From: an uncultured Solirubrobacteraceae bacterium
GTDB taxonomy: Bacteria; Actinomycetota; Thermoleophilia; Solirubrobacterales; Solirubrobacteraceae
Length of the DNA: 64,000 nucleotides
Assembly: GCA_963816955.1 (NCBI GenBank)
Contig: CAWFME010000007.1
Location: forward strand, 16,883 to 80,882
Direction of reading: 5' to 3'
The notes below the pieces were generated by a model that did not search any database, was not told where the DNA came from, and was given only the letters and a program-made list of their open reading frames with translations. This document shows, piece by piece, positions 56,649 to 64,000 of the stretch. Within the stretch, counting starts at the first letter, position 1. Each line of letters starts with the position of its first letter. The position numbers and the translations under genes were made by a program.

Positions 56649-57395
56649 TCACAGCTCGCCGAAGATGTTCAACCCGACCGAGTCCAGCGCCTGCTGGGCC
56701 TCGATGTTGAGCTGGGTCAGCTCGCCCGTGAAGAGCAGGATGCCCATCGCGATCAGGACGACCCCCGAGACCGCCGTGACGACCAGGTAGCGGTCGCGCA
56801 GCCAGCGGAACGCGGCCGTGGCGCGGGTGAAGGCCACGGCGGTGAGCAGGAACGGGACGGCCAGGCCGAGCGAGTAGAAGAGCAGCAGGATGCCGCCCTT
56901 GGCGACGGTGTCCGAGACCGAGGCGGCGGTGAGGATCGAGCCCAGCGTGGGGCCCACGCACGGCGTCCAGGCGAACGCGAACGCCGCTCCCGCCACGAGC
57001 GGGCCGCCCGAGCCGGCGCGGGCGATCAGCGCCTCCGGGCGCCACTCGCGGTTGAGCCGGTCCACGAACGGCGTGAGCAGGAAGAACACGCCGAGCGCGA
57101 TGATCACCGCGCCCGCGACCTTGTCGAGCGTGCCGCGCCCGTCGCGCAGCACGGAGCCGAGCCCGGTCGCGGTCATGCCGAGCGCCACGAACACGACCGT
57201 GAAGGCGGCGCAGAAGACCAGCGCGGGCAGCAGGATCCGGCTCATCCGCCGGTCGCCGTCCTTGATCTCGGTCAGCGAGACGCCTGACACGGCCGACAGG
57301 TAGCCGGGCACGAGCGGCAGCACGCACGGGGAGATGAAGGACACGAAGCCGACGGCGAACGCCGCGATGACCGTGGTGTCGACGCCGCCGCTCAT
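56649..57395 (-). CDS. ccdA: cytochrome c biogenesis thiol:disulfide transporter CcdA
   Basis: FISPCVLPLVPGY and WTPCVGP conserved Cys motifs. Six TM segments. Confidence 0.9.
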   Translation of the reverse strand: MSGGVDTTVIAAFAVGFVSFISPCVLPLVPGYLSAVSGVSLTEIKDGDRRMSRILLPALVFCAAFTVVFVALGMTATGLGSVLRDGRGTLDKVAGAVIIALGVFFLLTPFVDRLNREWRPEALIARAGSGGPLVAGAAFAFAWTPCVGPTLGSILTAASVSDTVAKGGILLLFYSLGLAVPFLLTAVAFTRATAAFRWLRDRYLVVTAVSGVVLIAMGILLFTGELTQLNIEAQQALDSVGLNIFGEL

Positions 57396-57841
57396 CGGTC
57401 GTACGCGGCCATGTCGGCGTCGAGCCGGCGGCGGTCCTCGGGGTCGAGCTCAGGCCCCTCGGGGGCGGGCTCCTCGTCGCGGCGGCCGCGCCAGCGCAGC
57501 GCCGCCACGCCGACGCCCAGCAGCGCGATGAGCGACAGCAGCCCGGGCACGAGCCAGGCGGCCACGTCGAAGCCCCCGCCCTCGGGGACCGCGAGCACCT
57601 TCGGCCCGTACTCCTCGACGAGCGCGGCCTTGATCTCGGGCTTGCTCTTGCCCTCGGCGATCCGGCGGCGGATGAACTCGCGCTCGCGGTCGGCGACGGG
57701 CGAGGTGGACACGTTCAGCGCGGTGCCGCACTCCACGCACATCACCTCGTCCTCGACGTCGGGCAACGTCGTCTTGGGCTCCGCGGCGAGCGCCACCGGA
57801 GCCAGCAGGAGCGCGAGCAGCAGTCCGAGCGCGAGCCTCAC
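57392..57841 (-). CDS. ccmH: cytochrome c maturation protein CcmH/NrfF-like
   Basis: Signal peptide. The region MCVECGTALNVSTSPVADREREFIRRRIAEGKSKPEIKAALVEEYG is colinear with E. coli CcmH LRCPQCQNQNLVESNSPIA...GKS..QI. C-terminal TM. The TGA overlaps the ccdA ATG. Confidence 0.8.
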   Translation of the reverse strand: MRLALGLLLALLLAPVALAAEPKTTLPDVEDEVMCVECGTALNVSTSPVADREREFIRRRIAEGKSKPEIKAALVEEYGPKVLAVPEGGGFDVAAWLVPGLLSLIALLGVGVAALRWRGRRDEEPAPEGPELDPEDRRRLDADMAAYDR

Positions 57842-57882
57842 GCCGTCCAGCGTATCCCGCTCCGGTTAGAATCCCGGGACCC

Positions 57883-57954
57883 GCGGGCGTTGTCCAATGG
57901 CTAAGACGGTGGCTTCCCAAGCCACAAATGGGGGTTCGATTCCCCTCGCCCGCT
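57883..57954 (+). tRNA. tRNA-Gly (anticodon CCC)
   Basis: Manual cloverleaf. Acceptor GCGGGCG/CGCCCGC, anticodon stem GTGGC/GCCAC with loop TTCCCAA, T-arm GGGGG-TTCGATT-CCCCT and discriminator T. No CCA is encoded. Close to E. coli tRNA-Gly(CCC). Confidence 0.92.
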
Positions 57955-58004
57955 TCGAGCCCGCCCGGTGGGGCGGAGGCCGTCCGGGAGTGCCGGCGGC
58001 CCCG

Positions 58005-58244
58005 CTACCAGGCCTGCGGCGTGCCGCAGTGCGCGCAGCACGGCGACGCGGTGACCTCGCCGGTCCAGGCGAAGCCGCACTCGCAGGAGTACAGCGCGCG
58101 GTCCTCGACGCCGCTGCCGCGGCGGGCGCGGACCTGCGAGACCGGGAGGGAGGCGCGCCGCTCGGTCGCGCGGCGGGCGGGAGCTGGGGCCTTGCTGCGG
58201 CGCTGGGAGCGCTTGAGTGTCTTGGTCTTGGTGGTGAGCTGCAT
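58005..58244 (-). CDS. small basic zinc-ribbon protein, hypothetical
   Basis: 79 aa. A Lys/Arg-rich N-terminus and a C-terminal CECG-x14-CCAHCG four-Cys ribbon. Confidence 0.5.
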   Translation of the reverse strand: MQLTTKTKTLKRSQRRSKAPAPARRATERRASLPVSQVRARRGSGVEDRALYSCECGFAWTGEVTASPCCAHCGTPQAW

Positions 58245-58389
58245 CAGGTCCGTCTGATGGGAGTAACGCCAGAGTGCCTACAAGGTTTCTCGGAAGTGGT
58301 CGGCATCCCTTTAGATCCTGTTAACGAGCAGTGGACGAACGACTGGGCGCGGCCGCATCGTGACCCTGCGGACGGGATCGCCATAATCG

Positions 58390-58797
58390 GTGGCGATGGA
58401 TCCCAGCCGCAAGCGCAAGGTCCGCTTCGTGGTGGCGCTCAGCGTCGCCGTGTTGCTGGCCGGAGCCCTCGTCTACACGAGCTTCTCCGCGTCCAGCGAG
58501 GCGCGCACGCCGAGCCAGCTGATGGCGGGCGCGGAGTCCGGCAAGGTCTACAAGCTCACGGGCAAGGTCGAGCCGGGCTACACCCGCAAGGGCACGACGA
58601 CGTACTTCCGGGTGCGCGATCGCGCCGGGAAGGGCTCGGTGCCGGTCTCCTACGAGGGGACGCTGCCCGACCCGTTCCGCGAGGGCCGCGAGGTGATCGT
58701 CAGCGTCCGCCGGCAGGGCGGGAGCTTCGTCGGCGAGCGGGGCTCGCTGATCACCAAGTGCCCGTCGAAGTTCACCGCCGAGCAGAACAAGACCTGA
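58390..58797 (+). CDS. ccmE: cytochrome c maturation heme chaperone CcmE, Cys-type variant
   Basis: N-terminal TM anchor, an OB-fold (VYKLTGKV...FRV, LPDPFREGREVIV), and a C-terminal LITKCPSKFT where the canonical protein has LAKHDENY. Confidence 0.88.
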   Translation: MAMDPSRKRKVRFVVALSVAVLLAGALVYTSFSASSEARTPSQLMAGAESGKVYKLTGKVEPGYTRKGTTTYFRVRDRAGKGSVPVSYEGTLPDPFREGREVIVSVRRQGGSFVGERGSLITKCPSKFTAEQNKT

Positions 58798-58811
58798 TGG
58801 TGGGCGCCTAA

Positions 58812-60993
<2,182 letters not shown>

Positions 60994-60998
60994 GATAG

Positions 60999-61271
60999 AT
61001 GGCACTCGAGCTCCTGGTCGTCCTCGTCGTCCTGGCGCTGATCGTGCTGGTCGTCAGCGCGCCCCTGCGCCGCCCCGGCGCCGCCGACGCGGAGGAGAGC
61101 GCCGAGCGCGCCGAGCTCGAGGCCGCGCGCGAGGCCAAGTACCGAGAGATCCGCGACGCCGACCTCGACCACCGCACGGGCAAGCTCTCCGACGCCGATT
61201 GGCGCGCCCAGGACCGCGCGCTGAGAGCGGAGGCCGTGGAGATCCTGCGCCGGCTCGACGAGCTCGGCTAG
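60999..61271 (+). CDS. small N-terminally anchored coiled-coil protein, likely co-transcribed with ccmF
   Basis: 90 aa. TM LELLVVLVVLALIVLVVSA, then a charged helical region. Confidence 0.55.
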   Translation: MALELLVVLVVLALIVLVVSAPLRRPGAADAEESAERAELEAAREAKYREIRDADLDHRTGKLSDADWRAQDRALRAEAVEILRRLDELG

Positions 61272-62632
61272 AGCGAGACGGTGATCGTGTAGCGCCCGTC
61301 GCCGGGGGTCAGCTGCGGCGACGTGCTGTTGAACGGCGACATGAAGCCATGGCCGACCTCCCAGCGCTCCTTGGTCACGTACAGCTCGACCTTGAGCACG
61401 GTCCCGGCCTGGATGTTGGCGGCCGACCCGAACGCGTCGGCCCAGGAGAGCGACAGCGACGTGCTCTCGCCGCTGTTGAGGCGGAGGCCGCTCTCGCTCT
61501 TGATCAGTTGCCCGTCGCGCAGGACGCTGGCGCTCAGGATGTCCTTGCCGAAGTTCACGTGCGTGGTGTCGCAGTTGATGTCGACGGTCACGCTCGGCGC
61601 CTTGGAGTCCAGCGCGGCGCAGATGTTCTGGTAGGAGAGCTGGTCGAACTGGCGGGCCTTGCCGATCCAGTTGAGCAGCTCCTTCGGTGAGCGCTTCATC
61701 GCCTCGGCCGGGGTCGAGAAGCCCTCGAAGACGTCGCCGCTGCCGGGCCGCAGGCTCCAGTCCTTCTCGCCCAGCGAGGTGTCGGGCCCGTCCTTGAGCA
61801 GGTCCTGCACCTCCTTGCTCTGCACGGCCTTGCCGGCGCCGTTGAGCGACTGGTCGACCTTCATGTCCCACGGGACCGACCAGTCGAACGCCCGCAGGGT
61901 CCAGACCGCGGCGTCCTTCTTGACGGCGACGCCGAGCTTGAACTGGTCGGAGCCGACGAACTCGGTCAGGCGCCCGTCGTCCTCCTTGGCCGGGAGCGTG
62001 AAGCCGGGCTGGTCGTGGGCGACGGGGTCGGTCTCGGCCGGGCTGCCGGCCACGTTCTCGTCGTTGATCGAGCCGGGCGGCCAGTAGAACGGCGGGAACA
62101 CGCGCTTGTTGATCTTCGAGTCGTCGTTGGGGTCGCTGACGGCGTCGTAGGCCTTCTTGTGGGCCTCGCGCGGCTCCGAGGTGATGTCGCCGGCCGGGTC
62201 GCCGCCGCGGCGGTAGACCGCGCCGCGCGTGGACGTGACGAGGTTCTGCACGAAGCCGAAGTTCTGGGAGCCGCCGAGCGTCTTGCCCTCCTGCAGCCAG
62301 ACCTTCGCCGGCGTGTACTTGACGTCGGGCGACTCCGCGCGCACGCCGTCGCCGTCGGGCTTGGCCGTGACGTTGCCGCCCACCTGCGGATCGCCGCCGG
62401 AGACGCCGAAGTCGCCCGGCCCCGCCACCGGGGTCTTCTCCTTCTCCTGGCGCTGGAGCAGCGTGGTCACCGCGCTGTTGCCCGCGCTGCGCTGCATCGA
62501 GAGCACCCGGGCCGGCGTCATCGGGCCGGCGAGCAGCGCACCCAGCGGCGCGCCGCCGCCACCGCCCACGGCGGGCGCCGCGGCGGGCGCGGCGACCTCG
62601 GGCTGCGGGACCGCGGCGTGCTCGGACTCCAC
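61268..62632 (-). CDS. hypothetical protein with N-terminal LQRSAGN-x-AV motif and unknown ~390-aa C-terminal region
   Basis: 454-aa ORF. The N-terminus is Ala/Pro/Gly-rich with no signal peptide or TM, then VLSMQRSAGNSAVTTLLQRQEKEK. The remainder is rich in Lys/Asn/Ser/Asp/Phe/Trp with visibly lower GC3 than its neighbours. Confidence 0.7.
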   Translation of the reverse strand: MESEHAAVPQPEVAAPAAAPAVGGGGGAPLGALLAGPMTPARVLSMQRSAGNSAVTTLLQRQEKEKTPVAGPGDFGVSGGDPQVGGNVTAKPDGDGVRAESPDVKYTPAKVWLQEGKTLGGSQNFGFVQNLVTSTRGAVYRRGGDPAGDITSEPREAHKKAYDAVSDPNDDSKINKRVFPPFYWPPGSINDENVAGSPAETDPVAHDQPGFTLPAKEDDGRLTEFVGSDQFKLGVAVKKDAAVWTLRAFDWSVPWDMKVDQSLNGAGKAVQSKEVQDLLKDGPDTSLGEKDWSLRPGSGDVFEGFSTPAEAMKRSPKELLNWIGKARQFDQLSYQNICAALDSKAPSVTVDINCDTTHVNFGKDILSASVLRDGQLIKSESGLRLNSGESTSLSLSWADAFGSAANIQAGTVLKVELYVTKERWEVGHGFMSPFNSTSPQLTPGDGRYTITVSL

Positions 62633-62681
62633 CCGGGCGAGCCTATAGGGACCGGGCCGCCTGTTCTAGACTTGCGCCCCG

Positions 62682-62906
62682 ATGCTCGAAACCGTGCTCT
62701 CGGTCCTGCAGGTCTTCATCGCCGTCATCCTGATCCTGCTGATCCTCCTCCACTCGGGGAAGGACGCGGGGATGTCCGGCGCCTTCGGCGTCGGCACCGC
62801 CGGCGGCTCCACGGGCGGCTCGCTGATGGAGCGCAACCTGGACCGCTGGACGATCCTCTTCGCGGTCGTGTTCGTCGCGAACACGATCGCGCTGCTGAAG
62901 GTCTAG
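62682..62906 (+). CDS. secG: preprotein translocase subunit SecG
   Basis: 74 aa with two TM segments. LLILLHSGKDAGMSGAFG is the conserved SecG motif. Confidence 0.9.
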   Translation: MLETVLSVLQVFIAVILILLILLHSGKDAGMSGAFGVGTAGGSTGGSLMERNLDRWTILFAVVFVANTIALLKV

Positions 62907-62919
62907 CGGCGCTACGCGC

Positions 62920-63916
62920 TCACAGCGCGTCGCCGTACAGGGTGCGCAGCTCCGCGCGGTCCGCGCGCGGCGGCGTGAGGTCGAGCTCGGGGCGCTCGGC
63001 GGCGGCGTCCGCGCACGCGTCGAGCGCCGCGGCGTCGACGCCCGCCTCGGCCAGCCGGGTCGCGCCGGTGCGAGCGCACAGCTTCGCCGCGATCTCCGCG
63101 GGGTCGCCGCCCATCGTCTCGCCGAGCCGCTCGATCCAGACCGGGAAGCGCCAGCGCGAGCGCGCCCAGCGTGTAAGGGAGCATGATCGCGTTCGCGGGC
63201 CCGTGGCCGACCCCGGCGAGCCGCACGAGCGTCTGCGAGAGCACGTGGTGCAGCCCGTAGACCGTCGAGTCGATCGTGTAGCCGGCCAGCAGCGCCCCCA
63301 GCGCCAGGGCGTCGCGGTCGGGGCCGCCGTTGCGCGGCCAGGCGCCGACGAGCAGCCGCGCGGCCTCGAGCGCCGCCAGCGTGGAGACCGGATTGGCACG
63401 TGGCGTGCACGGGCCCTCGGCGGCGTGGCCGAGCGCGTTGAGCGCGCTCGCGGCCAGCTCGGGCTCGGGCTGCGACGCCGACAGCCCCGGGTCGTTGACG
63501 ACGACGGCCGGGCGCACGTTGACCGAGCCCCGGGGCGCGTCCGCCGCCTGCCGGTGCACGCGCGTCATCTCGGCGCCGGACAGCGTCGTCGGGATCGCCA
63601 TCGCCCGCGCCTTGCCGCCCGAGGCGCCCGCGAGCGCCTTCGCGACGTCGACCACGCGGCCGCCGCCGAGCGCCACCAGCCGGTCGTGGGAGAGCGTGCC
63701 GAGCAGCTCGCCGGCCAGCTCGTCGACGCGCCCGGGCGCGACGTCGATCACCGTCTCGGCCGCCTCGACGACGTCCGGCGCGGCCGCGCGGGCGCGCTCC
63801 GTGGTGAGCAGCGCGTAGCCCGGGCCGCCGAGCACGCCGACCGCCTCGGCGGCCGTGCCGCGCCCGAAGCGGATCGTCCGCTCGCCGTCGTGCCAGGTGA
63901 AGCTCCTCTGATTCAC
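62920..63916 (-). CDS. iron-containing alcohol dehydrogenase / maleylacetate reductase-like protein, apparent +1 frameshift near 63150
   Basis: GTG 63914-63916. ALGGGRVVDVAKA, IPTTLSGAEM and GLHHVLSQTL motifs in the ORF 62912..63916 frame. The plausible C-terminus FPVWIERLGETMGGDPAEIAAKL...LRTLYGDAL lies in the ORF 62920..63399 frame. Confidence 0.75.
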
Positions 63917-63929
63917 CCGCGGACGGATA

Positions 63930-64000
63930 TCACGCCTCGCCGCGCCGCAGCCACGCGGCCAGGAACGGCTCGGCGATCCGGACGAGCCCGCGGTCGCGGA
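63930..64000 (-). CDS. 3' end of an unidentified gene (continues beyond window end)
   Basis: The reverse frame reads ...RDRGLVRIAEPFLAAWLRRGEA and ends at TGA 63930-63932, with GC3-rich codons. Too short to name. Confidence 0.35.
   Translation of the reverse strand, partial: RDRGLVRIAEPFLAAWLRRGEA

Noticed and set aside
57883-58400. Integrated element at tRNA-Gly
   Set aside because: There is no integrase or recombinase, no direct repeat of the tRNA 3' end, and the flanking genes are ccm housekeeping genes. Only a small zinc-ribbon ORF follows.
61268-62632. An extracellular contractile injection system or phage-tail cluster accompanying the LQRSAGN-motif genes
   Set aside because: I looked for sheath, tube, baseplate, spike and AAA ATPase genes on both strands near both motif loci and found none in this window. 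Any link to eCIS remains a hypothesis to test genome-wide.

Overview
High-GC (by eye above 70% G+C, GC3-saturated codons) actinobacterial-type chromosomal segment with about 70 genes. Assignment to a deep-branching Actinomycetota lineage (Thermoleophilia/Rubrobacteria-like) is inference only. Most long ORFs in the six-frame track are Arg/Ala/Pro/Gly-rich shadow frames of real genes and were rejected. The backbone is housekeeping: ABC exporter, ppx-ppk, pstSCAB-phoU with glpQ-type phosphodiesterase and an orphan OmpR-type regulator, uvrC-rapZ-gap-pgk-tpiA-gpmI, MarR-hsp20, tgt, a Ser/Thr kinase operon, M48 protease, rlmH, argS, cytochrome c maturation genes (ccdA, ccmH, ccmE, ccmF), tRNA-Gly(CCC) and secG. 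Four parts are accessory or unusual. (1) At 13.6-15.8 kb, a 517-aa protein joins an Flp-prepilin-type leader (G/QTAVEY), thrombospondin-type-3 Ca-binding repeats, a pre-toxin linker and a C-terminal PD-(D/E)xK nuclease-like module. An abutting candidate immunity gene follows, then two tandem paralogous secreted multidomain proteins (15.8-19.2 kb). (2) At 31.8-34.4 kb, an orphan Tad-like pseudopilin module contains two TadE-like genes, one carrying a degenerate ParA/TadZ-like extension, plus a TadG-like::VanY(M15)::SLT peptidoglycan-hydrolase fusion. No secretion ATPase, platform or prepilin peptidase is in the window. (3) Two loci carry the short N-terminal motif L-x-QRSAGN-x-AV-x-x-LLQR: an intact, compositionally atypical 454-aa gene at 61.3-62.6 kb and a frameshift-riddled two-gene remnant at 23.9-24.6 kb. 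(4) A near-consensus promoter with a perfect 8-N7-8 inverted repeat sits upstream of hsp20. Caveat: at least seven apparent single-base frameshifts interrupt otherwise intact conserved genes (gpmI, tgt, ccmF, an iron-type alcohol dehydrogenase/maleylacetate reductase-like gene, a TadE-like gene, and two in a coiled-coil protein), mostly at short homopolymer or GC runs. Assembly indel error is the most economical explanation, so pseudogene calls here need read-level confirmation.
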